A stretch of 64,000 nt of DNA from an uncultured Gammaproteobacteria bacterium (GCA_963711255.1 CAVQDO010000019.1:83022-147021); one strand, 5' to 3'. Positions 33,478 to 43,519 are shown, counted from the first letter of the stretch. The notes: generated by a model not told the origin, from the sequence alone. Program-made: numbers and translations.

Positions 33478-34207
33478 TTTGTTTTGTCTTTTGGTATTAA
33501 TATTTTCTGTTGTTTGCTTACTTTGGCATTGCGGTTCTCGCACCGCGGGCGAGTTACTCTTTTGCTACAGCCCAAAAGAGTAACCAGAAAAGGCCGCCGC
33601 GAACTCGATAGCCCCGGGTGAAGCGTCCGGGGAACCTGAATTTGAGGGTATCTGCTCTATTGGCGTTTGTGTTTTACGGAAATAATTATTGCTTACTTTG
33701 GCCCGAGCCGCCCCGATACGCCGTCCGGGCGTAGCGTGGCTAAATCCGCCGTCCATGGCGGATTTGCTCTACGTGTTGGCAAATTCAGCTATCGAAGGCG
33801 GGAGAGTCAAAGTCAAAAAACAGAGTCAATAGCACCAGCAGGAACACAGCAAAAAACATGGCGCGCGGCGCCATAGCTGGAGAAGCGTTTGTTTCGTTTC
33901 TTGTTTTTCTTTGTTTTTCTCCCCTTTTGTTTGCTGACTTTGGGGGCATTGGTAGAGCAAATCCGCCATGGACGGCGGATTTAGTGATGCTGCGCCTGGA
34001 CGGCGCATCAGCACGGGCTCGTAGGCAATGCGCCCAAAGTCAGGTACCCCGAGTGTTTTTCTCGGGGCAAACAAGTCGGGGCGGCATTCTTTCTGGTTAC
34101 TTTTCTTTTGCTGCAGAAAGAAAAGTAACTCGCCCGCGGTGCGAGAACCGCAAGACCTAAGTAAGCAAACAACAGTAAATATTAACGCCAACAACAAATA
34201 AAAAACG
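33478..34207. repeat. About 730 bp nested quasi-palindromic non-coding element filling the convergent tauE/pyrE intergenic gap
   Basis: Outer arm 33495-33565 is the reverse complement of 34105-34190. Inner arm 33700-33783 is the reverse complement of 33940-34040. A perfect 33-nt pair ctaaatccgccgtccatggcggatttgctctac lies at 33740-33772 and 33952-33984. A central hairpin atggcgc-gcg-gcgccat lies at 33858-33874. Confidence 0.85.
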
Positions 34208-34212
34208 CAAAA

Positions 34213-34854
34213 TCAAATCCCATACTGACTACGATAACTCTCCATCGCCGCCAGATGCTCCCCAAAAGAAGAATCCGCAGAAAGGTAATCAATCAAGTCC
34301 GCCATGGTAATTATGCTGAATACATCAATCCCATAATCACGGTTAACTTCCTGTATTGCCGACAGTTCGGTCTTACCTTTTTCCTGCCTGTCCAGTGCAA
34401 TCAGAACCGCCGAGGTGTTCGCGCCTTCTGCTTTTATAATATCGACCGCTTCGCGAATGGCCGTACCGGCGGTAATAACATCATCTACAATCAGGGCGTT
34501 ACCTGTTAAAGCAGCACCGACAATCAATCCGCCTTCACCGTGATCTTTGGCTTCTTTTCGATTGAAGGCATATGGCTTGTCAATATTATGGTTCACGGAA
34601 AGCGCATAGGCGATAGCTGCGACCAGTGGAATCCCTTTGTATGCCGGGCCGAATAAAACATCGTAGTCGATTTTATTATCGATGATACTTTGCGCGTAAC
34701 AACTACCGAGTTCTGCCAGTGCATAACCGCTATTAAATAAACCGGCATTAAAAAAATAGGGGCTGACACGGCCTGACTTCAGGGTGAACTCGCCAAATTT
34801 CAGTACCTGGTATTTTATGGCCAGTTCGATAAATCGTTTTTTATTCTGCTGCAT
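34213..34854 (-). CDS. pyrE: Orotate phosphoribosyltransferase
   Basis: PRPP-binding motif ([12 protein letters not shown]) and N-terminal [17 protein letters not shown]. Confidence 0.9.
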   Translation of the reverse strand: MQQNKKRFIELAIKYQVLKFGEFTLKSGRVSPYFFNAGLFNSGYALAELGSCYAQSIIDNKIDYDVLFGPAYKGIPLVAAIAYALSVNHNIDKPYAFNRKEAKDHGEGGLIVGAALTGNALIVDDVITAGTAIREAVDIIKAEGANTSAVLIALDRQEKGKTELSAIQEVNRDYGIDVFSIITMADLIDYLSADSSFGEHLAAMESYRSQYGI

Positions 34855-34947
34855 ATTTCACCTTTATTCTGCCTGCGAAGTATACGCGATTTTAAGGTAT
34901 CATAGGCGCACACATTATAAACAGAAGCTCCCATACAATACATAATC

Positions 34948-35724
34948 ATGCGAATAATTTCCGCCAACACTAACGGCATTCGTGCTGCTGCGAAAAAAGG
35001 TTTTTTTGACTGGCTAAAAAGGGTTGATCCTGATGTCGTCTGCATCCAGGAAACCAAGGCACAATTTCATCAGCTTAGCGATGACATATTTTCACCCAAG
35101 GGTTATTTTTGTGAATACCATGACGCTGAAAAAAAAGGCTACAGCGGTGTCGCGATTTACAGCAAGGTTAAACCCAAAAAAGTAATCAAGGGTATCGGCT
35201 GGCATGATATTGATCTTGAAGGCCGCTTCATCGAGTTTCAGTATGAGAAACTCAGTATCATTTCACTTTATATGCATTCTGGCTCTGCCAGTGAAGAGCG
35301 CCAGGGCGTAAAGTTTGACTTCATGGAACGCTTTATCGGCTACCTGCAAAGCCTGCGTCGTAAACGCCGTGACTTTATTATTTGCGGTGACTGGAATATT
35401 GCGCATAAAAAAATTGATATCAAGAACTGGAAAGGCAATCAGAAAAACTCCGGCTTTCTGCCTGAGGAGCGCGAATGGATGGACAGGCTGTTCGATGAAA
35501 TTGGATTTGTCGACGCTTTCCGCGAGGTTAACCAGATGCCTGACCAGTATACCTGGTGGTCTAACCGTGGCCAGGCGTGGGCTAATAATACCGGCTGGCG
35601 GATTGATTACCAGGTAATCACACCAAAACTTGCACCACTGGTAAAGACCGCTGACATTTACAAAGATGAACGATTTTCTGACCATTCACCATTGATTATT
35701 GATTACGATTACACGCTTGCATGA
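34948..35724 (+). CDS. Exonuclease III-family protein (XthA-like AP endonuclease; Crc-like genomic context next to pyrE)
   Basis: ExoIII motifs IQETK, GDWNIAH, FLPEEREWMDRL and SDHSP are present and the catalytic residues look conserved. Confidence 0.8.
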   Translation: MRIISANTNGIRAAAKKGFFDWLKRVDPDVVCIQETKAQFHQLSDDIFSPKGYFCEYHDAEKKGYSGVAIYSKVKPKKVIKGIGWHDIDLEGRFIEFQYEKLSIISLYMHSGSASEERQGVKFDFMERFIGYLQSLRRKRRDFIICGDWNIAHKKIDIKNWKGNQKNSGFLPEEREWMDRLFDEIGFVDAFREVNQMPDQYTWWSNRGQAWANNTGWRIDYQVITPKLAPLVKTADIYKDERFSDHSPLIIDYDYTLA

Positions 35725-37091
35725 ATCAGGCAGAATTAAAAAATTCATCGCAGCATAAAGGCTGGCTTGAAGCGCTAAGCGTTTATCTTCAGCCACGTGT
35801 TCTGGCGATGCTTTTTTTAGGGTTTTCCGCCGGCCTGCCACTGTTACTGGTATTTGGTACTTTATCTGGCTGGCTGGCGAGGGAAGGTGTCGATAAAAGT
35901 ACCATTGGCCATATTAGCTGGGTCGCCCTTTTATACGGACTTAAATTTATCTGGTCTCCATTGGTCGACCATATGCGATTCCCCTTGCTGACATCGCTCT
36001 TCGGCCAGCGCCGGAGCTGGATGTTATTCGCACAGGTAGGCGTTATATCGGGGCTTCTGTTGATGGCAGGCAGCAACCCGCAAACACAATTAAGCTTGCT
36101 GGTATACGCAGCGCTACTGGTCGCTTTTTCTTCAGCAACACAGGATATTGCTATTGATGCCTGGCGCATTGAAGCTATGCCAATTGAAACACAGGGCGCT
36201 ATGGCGGCGACCTACCAGACGGGTTACCGCCTGGGCATGTTACTGGCCGGTGGCGGCGCCTTTACACTGGCACACTATTACTCATGGTCGCTGGCATATA
36301 CTGTGCTCGCAATGGTTATGGGCATTGGCATCATCACTACGTTATTGATTCCAGAACCCGACCATAGCGTTTCAAGAAACACCTGGAAGCAGGAAGAAAA
36401 AGTAATCCAGTTTCTTGAACGCTCAGCACACCTGCCGAAAAGACTGCGGGATATTTATGCCTGGATAACGGGTGCGATCATCTGCCCTTTTACCGACTTC
36501 TTCATCCGTAACGGTAAATATGCCCTGATAATATTATTATTTATCGGGCTGTTCCGAATCAGCGATATCACCATGGGTATCATGGCAAACCCGCTCTACG
36601 TAGACATTGGTTACAGCGACCTGCAAATTGGACTGGTGACTAAAACAATTGGTCCCGTGATTACCATTCTAGGCGCAATTCTCGGTGGCATGATGGTACT
36701 GCGTTATGGCGTCATGCCAATACTTTTACTCGGCGCCATTCTGGTCATCGCCACCAATTTGCTATTTGCCCTTCTCGCCATCCTCCCTGCCAACACGCTT
36801 TACCTGGGGGTGGTCATTGGTGCTGATAATTTAAGTGCAGGCCTTGCCGGTTCCGCCTTTATTGCTTATCTCTCCAGTTTGACCAATCGAGCCTACACCG
36901 CCACACAATATGCCCTGTTTAGTTCACTCATGCTGTTACCGGCTAAATTCATCGGTGGGTTTTCCGGTGATGTGGTCGATGCCATGGGTTTTGTACCCTT
37001 CTTTATTTACACCGCACTGCTCGGACTCCCGGCAGTCGCACTTATCCTTTACCTGATAAAATACCCGGTTCAGACACCTGAATCGTCATGA
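35721..37091 (+). CDS. ampG: AmpG-family muropeptide MFS permease
   Basis: 456 aa 12-14 TM MFS protein with an AmpG-like N-terminus (SVYLQPRVLAMLFLGFSAGLPLLL). Confidence 0.75.
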   Translation: MNQAELKNSSQHKGWLEALSVYLQPRVLAMLFLGFSAGLPLLLVFGTLSGWLAREGVDKSTIGHISWVALLYGLKFIWSPLVDHMRFPLLTSLFGQRRSWMLFAQVGVISGLLLMAGSNPQTQLSLLVYAALLVAFSSATQDIAIDAWRIEAMPIETQGAMAATYQTGYRLGMLLAGGGAFTLAHYYSWSLAYTVLAMVMGIGIITTLLIPEPDHSVSRNTWKQEEKVIQFLERSAHLPKRLRDIYAWITGAIICPFTDFFIRNGKYALIILLFIGLFRISDITMGIMANPLYVDIGYSDLQIGLVTKTIGPVITILGAILGGMMVLRYGVMPILLLGAILVIATNLLFALLAILPANTLYLGVVIGADNLSAGLAGSAFIAYLSSLTNRAYTATQYALFSSLMLLPAKFIGGFSGDVVDAMGFVPFFIYTALLGLPAVALILYLIKYPVQTPESS

Positions 37092-37315
37092 AATGGCAGG
37101 TTTTCTAAAAATTTAACTTAAAGTTAACAATTCACGTCTCCTCGTAAGCTGTTGATAGTAAACAATATATAATTTTAAACAAAACCTAAGTTATTGAAAT
37201 AACTGACAATATGTCACCCATGTCAGTTTGATAAAAATCATTGGTAATTCCCTTTGAACTTTATAATATTAGACTATACTAATACCTTATATACAATAAC
37301 TATGGAGATTAGAAA

Positions 37316-37405
37316 TGATCTTTGACGCACTGACTTACACCATCGCTACGGTGGTATTTATATTGACGTTTACAATATTATTGCTTGCCCGCTCTAAAAA
37401 ATAAT
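37316..37405 (+). CDS. Small hydrophobic peptide (29 aa), possible leader or small membrane protein
   Basis: GGAG RBS 8 nt upstream of ATG; MIFDALTYTIATVVFILTFTILLLARSKK; lies just upstream of the rhodanese gene; not in the ORF track (below 60 aa). Confidence 0.3.
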
Positions 37406-37427
37406 ACTGAGCACGAGTAACCGCAAG

Positions 37428-37715
37428 ATGAATACTGTGAATTGTGATGTTATCCGCCAAACAATGCAATCAGGCGCGACCTTGCTGGATGTCCGTTCCA
37501 GTGACGAATTTCGCCAGGGCTCTCTGCCTGATGCAAAGAACATTCCGCTAGCTCTTTTGCCGGTGGTGGCGGACGAACGCCTGAAAAAACATGAGCCGGT
37601 ACTGATCTACTGCCGCTCAGGTGGCCGCGCAATAATGGCGGAAAGAATACTGGCAGGTATGGGCTTCACGAATGTGACCAATATAGGCAGTATCTTTCAT
37701 TATCAGCACTGCTAA
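37428..37715 (+). CDS. Single-domain rhodanese sulfurtransferase (GlpE-like)
   Basis: Active-site loop YCRSGGRA. Confidence 0.7.
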   Translation: MNTVNCDVIRQTMQSGATLLDVRSSDEFRQGSLPDAKNIPLALLPVVADERLKKHEPVLIYCRSGGRAIMAERILAGMGFTNVTNIGSIFHYQHC

Positions 37716-37847
37716 ATGATTGCAGTCGCTTACAGGAATGTTTAATAGAGAATAAGGCTGTTCCCGAAACCGAACAATATAGCTCGGAAGTGGCGCACAC
37801 CCTCAATCAGGTATTACCGTATGCCTGGCTGCTACGAGCTGTAATGT

Positions 37848-37884
37848 AAGAGGCATAACTGTTAGAGTTATGCCTCTTTTTTTT
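37848..37884 (+). terminator. Rho-independent terminator
   Basis: 13-bp stem aagaggcataact / agttatgcctctt followed by a T8 run. Confidence 0.7.
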
Positions 37885-39070
37885 GTCTCGCCAAAAATAT
37901 CCGCTCAAGAACCCCGTGAACACAGTCATTCCCTTAAGTCTTTATGTCCACATTCCATGGTGCGTAAAAAAATGCCCGTATTGTGATTTTAACTCGCACG
38001 AAAAAAATAAATCGTTTGATGAAGAAAGATATGTCGCCGCACTGCTGGCTGATCTTGATGCCGAATATGAACAGCACCGGGACCGCAGCTTAAGCAGTAT
38101 ATTTTTTGGCGGCGGCACACCCAGCCTGTTTTCAGCAAATGCTATTTTCCAGGTCATTGATCACGCCAGAAAACTGTTTAAATTTGATCGTATCGAAATC
38201 ACCCTGGAAGCCAACCCGGGAACCTTTGAACAGGAAAAATTTACTGCTTTCAACCAGGCTGGGGTTAACCGGCTTTCAATAGGAATTCAGAGCTTCAATG
38301 ATACTCACCTGAAAACGCTAGGCCGAATTCACGATAAAAACCAGGCCTTAACCGCGATTGAAACGGCAAAAAATGCAGGTTTCGATAATATTAATCTTGA
38401 CCTGATGTTTGGCCTGCCGGGGCAAACCACAACGCAGGCTATAGCCGATATAAACACAGCCTGTGATTTTAATGTGCCGCATATTTCACATTACCAGCTC
38501 ACCATCGAAGCCAATACCTATTTCTACAAACACACGCCGGTATTGCCTGAAAATGATTTAATCTGGGAGATGCAAAACCAGTGTCAGGCTATTCTGTACG
38601 ATAGAAAATATGCGCAATATGAAATTTCCGCCTACTCATTAAAAAACCGGCAATGCACACATAATTTAAATTACTGGCACTTTGCTGATTATATTGGCAT
38701 CGGTGCAGGCGCACACGGCAAACGTTCCGTGCAAATACCTTCAGCCAACGGTACTATAAAAATTTACCGGCAATGGAAACACCGTCAGCCATCGCAGTAT
38801 ATGGATCAGGCATTAAAAGGAAATGCCATATCCGGTAGAGCAGAGTTAAAACAGCAGGATATTATTTTTGAATTTTTACTAAACGCCTTACGGCTGAAAA
38901 AAGGCTGCGATGTTAAAACATTTAAACAGCATACCGGGCTTGATATAAAAACATTGAAAAACACAGTCAGTGAAATCGACCCGGTATTACTTAGCATCGA
39001 TGACAACACCATAACGACTACAGATAAAGGATTTTTGTTTTTAAATGATATTTTAGAAAAACTGCTATAA
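37883..39070 (+). CDS. hemW: Radical-SAM heme chaperone HemW (coproporphyrinogen-III oxidase-like)
   Basis: CxxxCxxC radical SAM motif (CVKKCPYCDF) and LSLYVHIPWC; the annotated start is TTG, and the real start may be a downstream GTG (37916). Confidence 0.8.
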   Translation: MSRQKYPLKNPVNTVIPLSLYVHIPWCVKKCPYCDFNSHEKNKSFDEERYVAALLADLDAEYEQHRDRSLSSIFFGGGTPSLFSANAIFQVIDHARKLFKFDRIEITLEANPGTFEQEKFTAFNQAGVNRLSIGIQSFNDTHLKTLGRIHDKNQALTAIETAKNAGFDNINLDLMFGLPGQTTTQAIADINTACDFNVPHISHYQLTIEANTYFYKHTPVLPENDLIWEMQNQCQAILYDRKYAQYEISAYSLKNRQCTHNLNYWHFADYIGIGAGAHGKRSVQIPSANGTIKIYRQWKHRQPSQYMDQALKGNAISGRAELKQQDIIFEFLLNALRLKKGCDVKTFKQHTGLDIKTLKNTVSEIDPVLLSIDDNTITTTDKGFLFLNDILEKLL

Positions 39071-39262
39071 CTATACAAAACACATTGGCAGTAATTATTC
39101 CCAACGGCTAACAGTCATTAAAAATGCTATGCAAATTCTGTCATCTCAACGGCCTTTCCAGGAGAGATCATTTTAAACCTGCAGCATGGTTTCCTGATAA
39201 GGCTATCATTCCTCGAAACATCAGATACCACAGGGCAATAGGATTTTTACAAAAAATATACG

Positions 39263-39730
39263 TTACAAGTCATTCAGCATCTTTTGCTGATCTTCATGAC
39301 GTTGCTTGAGTAGATCTTCGACACCTTTTGCATCATTCATGACTTTTTTCATGCCTTTCATGGAATACGGGCTCGGCACTTCGGCTACATCCTCTTCTTC
39401 GGGTTCTTCCTCAACTGGCGGTTTTACTGCCTTCATCAGGTTACTGTTCGGATCTAAAGTGAGCTGCTCGGTGTCATGACCAACAGGCGGTGTATTACTA
39501 AACTGCATGACACCATTCTCATCTCGCCATTTATACACCTGCACTTTTTCATTGCTAACAACACTGCTGAGATTTTTAGGCGCTTTAGCTTTCAGTTTCT
39601 TAAACTCAGACATGCCACCGCTGATACCTGAATCAAAAAACGACATCGGGTCAAATTTACCCATATATATCATTGGCATAACCGAAAGAAAACCCAGAAT
39701 TACCAGCATTGATATTATTTTGAATTTCAT
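39263..39730 (-). CDS. DUF4124 domain protein (paralog of 31997..32650)
   Basis: Signal peptide plus VYKWRDENGVMQFSNTPP motif. Confidence 0.55.
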   Translation of the reverse strand: MKFKIISMLVILGFLSVMPMIYMGKFDPMSFFDSGISGGMSEFKKLKAKAPKNLSSVVSNEKVQVYKWRDENGVMQFSNTPPVGHDTEQLTLDPNSNLMKAVKPPVEEEPEEEDVAEVPSPYSMKGMKKVMNDAKGVEDLLKQRHEDQQKMLNDL

Positions 39731-39976
39731 TATAAAGTCTCTTCTCTGTCTTCTTTATTGCTCATAAAATGCCATAAAGTATGGACTATGCCCCCGTAGA
39801 AATCAGTAAAACTCCACTAAATTTCAGGCAAATCTGCCCTTCATAAATACACTTGCTTATAAAATCACTTACAGGTAGAATTTACGCCCTGTTTTTTCGG
39901 CCTTTACTCGCCTTGATTATCTATAGTTTTAGGATAGATTTTAGGCGGATGTTTCAGGTATCGAAAATTATTATCA

Positions 39977-40016
39977 TTGGCCCAGGGGTGACCCAAAAGG
40001 GTGATCCAGGGGCCAA
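39977..40016. repeat. 40-bp imperfect palindrome upstream of rpmE (possible operator)
   Basis: ttggcccaggggtgacccaaaagggtgatccaggggccaa; shares the CCAGGGRTG core with repeats downstream of rpmE. Confidence 0.5.
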
Positions 40017-40048
40017 TAATTAACATCTGAATTACCATCGGAATAGAC

Positions 40049-40258
40049 ATGAAAGCTGATATACACCCAAAATACAACGACGTAAATGTTAAATGCAGCT
40101 GCGGCAATACATTCGCCACACGCTCTACTTATGGTAAAGATGATCTGACCATCGATGTCTGCTCTGAATGCCACCCGTTTTACACTGGCAAGCAAAAGAT
40201 TCTTGATTCTGCTGGTCAAATCGACAAATTCAACAAACGTTTTGGCAGTAAGTCTTAA
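40049..40258 (+). CDS. rpmE: 50S ribosomal protein L31 (Zn-binding C+ form)
   Basis: MKADIHPKY... with CxC...CxxC zinc ribbon, 69 aa. Confidence 0.9.
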   Translation: MKADIHPKYNDVNVKCSCGNTFATRSTYGKDDLTIDVCSECHPFYTGKQKILDSAGQIDKFNKRFGSKS

Positions 40259-40283
40259 CAGGGCCGTCACAGATATGCCTGTT

Positions 40284-40313
40284 AAAAAAGACGCTTTTCA
40301 GCGTCTTTTTTTA
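40284..40313 (+). terminator. Rho-independent terminator of rpmE
   Basis: agacgc-ttttca-gcgtct stem-loop followed by a T7 run. Confidence 0.7.
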
Positions 40314-40517
40314 TGTCCAGGGATGGACGGTATGTCGCAAGGAGCCAGGGATGGCGGTGCAACGATGCCAAGGAAGAGCGGTATAGCGCTTAGAGCCAGG
40401 ACGGCGGTGCGCATATGTCCAGGGATGGAGCGGTATGTCGCAAGGAGCCAGGGATGGCGGTGCGACGATGTCAGGGAAGAGCGGTATTGCGCATAGAGCC
40501 AGGACGGCGGCGCGAAC
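40314..40517. repeat. Two tandem ~102-bp direct repeats, each containing three CCAGGRATGGCGG-like sub-motifs
   Basis: Unit 1 at 40314-40415 and unit 2 at 40416-40517 are over 90 percent identical; the motif ccagggatgg[a/c]ggt recurs six times. Confidence 0.85.
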
Positions 40518-41292
40518 AATCCTGCTTACAGCCTGCTATTTAACCACCACGCCGCTGTTAGCACAAAATGCATGCACCCTTGCTGGCAACGAAGAATACG
40601 ATAAAACGGCTACCGTCAGCCAGGTCTACGATGGCGACACACTAAGACTCAGTAACGGCCAAAAAGTACGACTTATTGGTATCAACACTCCCGAAATGTC
40701 GCGCAATAACAGGACAGCAGAACCTTATGCGGTTGATGCCAAAAATGCGCTCAACGCCTTATTCAGTCAAAATAAAACCATCAAGTTACTGTATGGCAAA
40801 GAGAAAAAAGATAACTATGGTCGTATCCTGGCTCATGGCTTTCTGGCTGATGACAGGAATATACAGGCCAGCCTGCTAAACCTGGGCCTTGCCAGGGCCA
40901 TAGCAATACCACCGAATACCCGGTTTAGCACCTGTTATCAACAACAGGAACTTGGCGCACGCTGCAGTAAATCCGGCCTCTGGAAAAAACCCGGCATTAT
41001 TCTCGCCAAAAAACTTAAACCAAAAAATACTGGCTACCAGCTGCTGGAGGGGCAGGTTAAAAAAATCGACCGTAACAAACAGGGCATCTGGCTCAACATC
41101 GATAATAAGCTCACTATCGGTATCCGCCCTGAAAACCTGGCATTATTTAATGACTCAGTAATAAATGCCCTGCTAAATCAGACAATTATCGTGCGCGGCT
41201 GGGTTAATAAAAGTAACCGTTCAACACCTTATTACCTGCGTATTAAACACCCTGCCGCCTTGCAGTTAAGCCGTGATTTCGCCTGTCGCTAA
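40468..41292 (+). CDS. Secreted thermonuclease (staphylococcal nuclease/SNase-like)
   Basis: Signal peptide (RTILLTACYLTTTPLLAQNA) and the SNase core motifs DGDTLRL and LIGINTPE; the track ORF starts at 40435 inside the repeat, but an internal Met at 40468 is preferred. Confidence 0.7.
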   Translation: MSGKSGIAHRARTAARTILLTACYLTTTPLLAQNACTLAGNEEYDKTATVSQVYDGDTLRLSNGQKVRLIGINTPEMSRNNRTAEPYAVDAKNALNALFSQNKTIKLLYGKEKKDNYGRILAHGFLADDRNIQASLLNLGLARAIAIPPNTRFSTCYQQQELGARCSKSGLWKKPGIILAKKLKPKNTGYQLLEGQVKKIDRNKQGIWLNIDNKLTIGIRPENLALFNDSVINALLNQTIIVRGWVNKSNRSTPYYLRIKHPAALQLSRDFACR

Positions 41293-41407
41293 ACTACTGA
41301 TTAGTAAACCTTAGCCCATGCAGCCAACCGCTATCTGCTCGAATTTCAGCGCTAAAAATGTTATTATTCTTGCCCTTATATTCATTTTCATTATTGACTA
41401 AACGCCC

Positions 41408-42661
41408 ATGCCAACACGTTTCAAGCAAGACGCCCTGGAATATCACGCCAAACCAAAACCAGGAAAAATCGCCACCGAAATAACCAAACCCTGTGCCACC
41501 CAGCAAGACCTCTCGCTGGCGTACACACCGGGTGTTGCTGAGCCATGCCGCGCTATTCATCGTGACGAAGAAGCCGCCTATGAGTACACCGCCAAAGGCA
41601 ACCTGGTCGCCGTTATCACAGACGGCACAGCGGTACTGGGGCTGGGCAATATCGGCGCACTGGCGGGCAAACCGGTGATGGAAGGTAAAGGCGTTCTGTT
41701 TAAAGCGTTTGCCGATATCGATGTCTTTGATATTGAGGTGAATGCAGATTCCACTGAAGACTTTATTAAAACCGTAAAAAATATCGCGCCCACATTTGGC
41801 GGCATCAATCTTGAAGACATCGCCGCTCCGGCCTGCTTCGAAATCGAAGACGCCTTAATCGAGCAGCTGGACATTCCGGTATTCCACGACGATCAGCACG
41901 GCACCGCCATTATTATTGCTGCCGCATTGATTAACGCACTGGAACTTCAGCATAAAAAAATTGAAGATGTACGTGTAGTTTGCCTGGGCGCAGGTGCCGC
42001 CGGTATTGCTTCGATGAAACTGTTACAGGGGCTTGGCGCCGATCCTGAAAAACTGTTCATGATCGACCGCAACGGCATTATTCAATCAGAACGCGATGAT
42101 TTGAATAAATACAAAAAAGCGTTTGCTGTACATACCGATAAACGCACACTGGCCGATGCAATGAATGGTGCTGATGTCTTTATCGGTGTATCCGGACCCG
42201 ACCTGCTTTCATCCGATATGCTGGCGGCCATGGCGGCTAACCCTGTTGTCTTCGCTTTATCAAATCCCGACCCGGAAATTCTGCCTGAACTGGCGCACAT
42301 GACGCGTGATGATTTAATTATGGGCACCGGCCGCAGCGACTACCCGAACCAGGTCAATAACGTTCTGGGCTTCCCTTACATATTTAAAGGCGCACTTGAT
42401 GTCCGCGCCAGTTGCATCAACCAGGAAATGCAAATTGCTGCCGTTAACGCATTGGCAGAGCTGGCACGGGAACCCGTGCCCAAAGAAGTGCTAGATGCAT
42501 ACGGACTCGACACCATGGTGTTTGGTCCGGAATACATTATTCCCAAACCACTGGATCCACGTTTAATCGACACCATTCCACGCGCTGTTTCTAAAGCGGC
42601 GATTGCTACCGGTGTGGCAAAAAAATTTCCTAAAGACAGTCGCCCGGCAAAAGAAGCATAA
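41408..42661 (+). CDS. maeB: NAD(P)-dependent malic enzyme (short form without PTA domain)
   Basis: Malic-enzyme motifs ([28 protein letters not shown]-binding), 417 aa. Confidence 0.85.
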   Translation: MPTRFKQDALEYHAKPKPGKIATEITKPCATQQDLSLAYTPGVAEPCRAIHRDEEAAYEYTAKGNLVAVITDGTAVLGLGNIGALAGKPVMEGKGVLFKAFADIDVFDIEVNADSTEDFIKTVKNIAPTFGGINLEDIAAPACFEIEDALIEQLDIPVFHDDQHGTAIIIAAALINALELQHKKIEDVRVVCLGAGAAGIASMKLLQGLGADPEKLFMIDRNGIIQSERDDLNKYKKAFAVHTDKRTLADAMNGADVFIGVSGPDLLSSDMLAAMAANPVVFALSNPDPEILPELAHMTRDDLIMGTGRSDYPNQVNNVLGFPYIFKGALDVRASCINQEMQIAAVNALAELAREPVPKEVLDAYGLDTMVFGPEYIIPKPLDPRLIDTIPRAVSKAAIATGVAKKFPKDSRPAKEA

Positions 42662-42722
42662 TATTTTTTATTAGCGCCAGAATAAGCGGCGAATTTTCAG
42701 TAACAAGCAGGGAACGTATTTC

Positions 42723-43481
42723 ATGTTATTAGATAAATGCCTGGCTGTTTTTATTACGCTGTTTATGGCAACAACTGTACTTGCTTCAGAGACACCGAGC
42801 ATCAGCTTTAAATCAGCCGATGATTTATTAATTACGGCAGATGCTTACATACCCCACGCCGCTAATGCTGCCCCGTTGATTATGTTATTTCACCAGGCCG
42901 GCTCAAGCCGCGGCGAGTACTCTGAAATTGCACCCGAATTAAACAAGCTGGGATTTAACTGCATTGCTGTCGACCAGCGCTCAGGTGAATATTCTCGGGG
43001 AAAGGATAACGAAACAGCAATACGTGCAGGCAATGCCGGGCTAGCAACACGATATGTTGATGCGCTGCCTGATATTATCGCAGCACTGCGATACGCTAAT
43101 AAAAAATACAGCAACAGCAAAATAATTGCCTGGGGAAGTTCTTACTCAGCATCACTGGTACTTAAAGTCGCCGGTGATTATCCGGAACTTGTCGATGGCG
43201 TTATCGCGTTCTCGCCGGGTGAATATTTTTCGCACCAGGGGAAAAGTAAAACCTGGATTCGTGATTCAGCACAAAAAATCAAGGACCCGGTTTTTATTAC
43301 TTCATCAAAAGCCGAAGCCAGTGACTGGGTGCCAATATTTGATGTCATTAAAGCTGAGGGAAAGACAGGCTTTATACCAGAGACGGCAGGTAAACATGGT
43401 TCAAAAGTCCTGTGGAAAAAATACCAGGACAGCAAACAATACTGGAAAGCGGTTTCTGATTTTCTGAATCAGTATAGATAA
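42723..43481 (+). CDS. Secreted alpha/beta hydrolase (dienelactone hydrolase-like)
   Basis: Signal peptide and a GSSYS nucleophile-elbow-like motif. Confidence 0.55.
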   Translation: MLLDKCLAVFITLFMATTVLASETPSISFKSADDLLITADAYIPHAANAAPLIMLFHQAGSSRGEYSEIAPELNKLGFNCIAVDQRSGEYSRGKDNETAIRAGNAGLATRYVDALPDIIAALRYANKKYSNSKIIAWGSSYSASLVLKVAGDYPELVDGVIAFSPGEYFSHQGKSKTWIRDSAQKIKDPVFITSSKAEASDWVPIFDVIKAEGKTGFIPETAGKHGSKVLWKKYQDSKQYWKAVSDFLNQYR

Positions 43482-43519
43482 ACAGTCATTCTCATAAGTA
43501 CCAATTCAATCTCTATTTA

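Noticed and set aside
33351-34197. Four overlapping ORFs on both strands (33565..33756-, 33667..33876+, 33826..34197-, 33858..34160+) inside the palindromic element
   Set aside because: They sit in an intergenic quasi-palindrome. Opposite strands yield the same peptide fragments as a consequence of the symmetry, there are no RBSs, and codon usage is unlike that of the neighbours, so I treat them as non-coding.
40155-40519. ORFs 40155..40496(+) and 40298..40519(-) across the tandem repeats, and a possible CRISPR array
   Set aside because: The ORFs overlap rpmE and the repeat DNA and are unlikely to be coding. The repeats are only two long units with internal sub-motifs, with no unique spacers and no cas genes, so this is not a CRISPR array.
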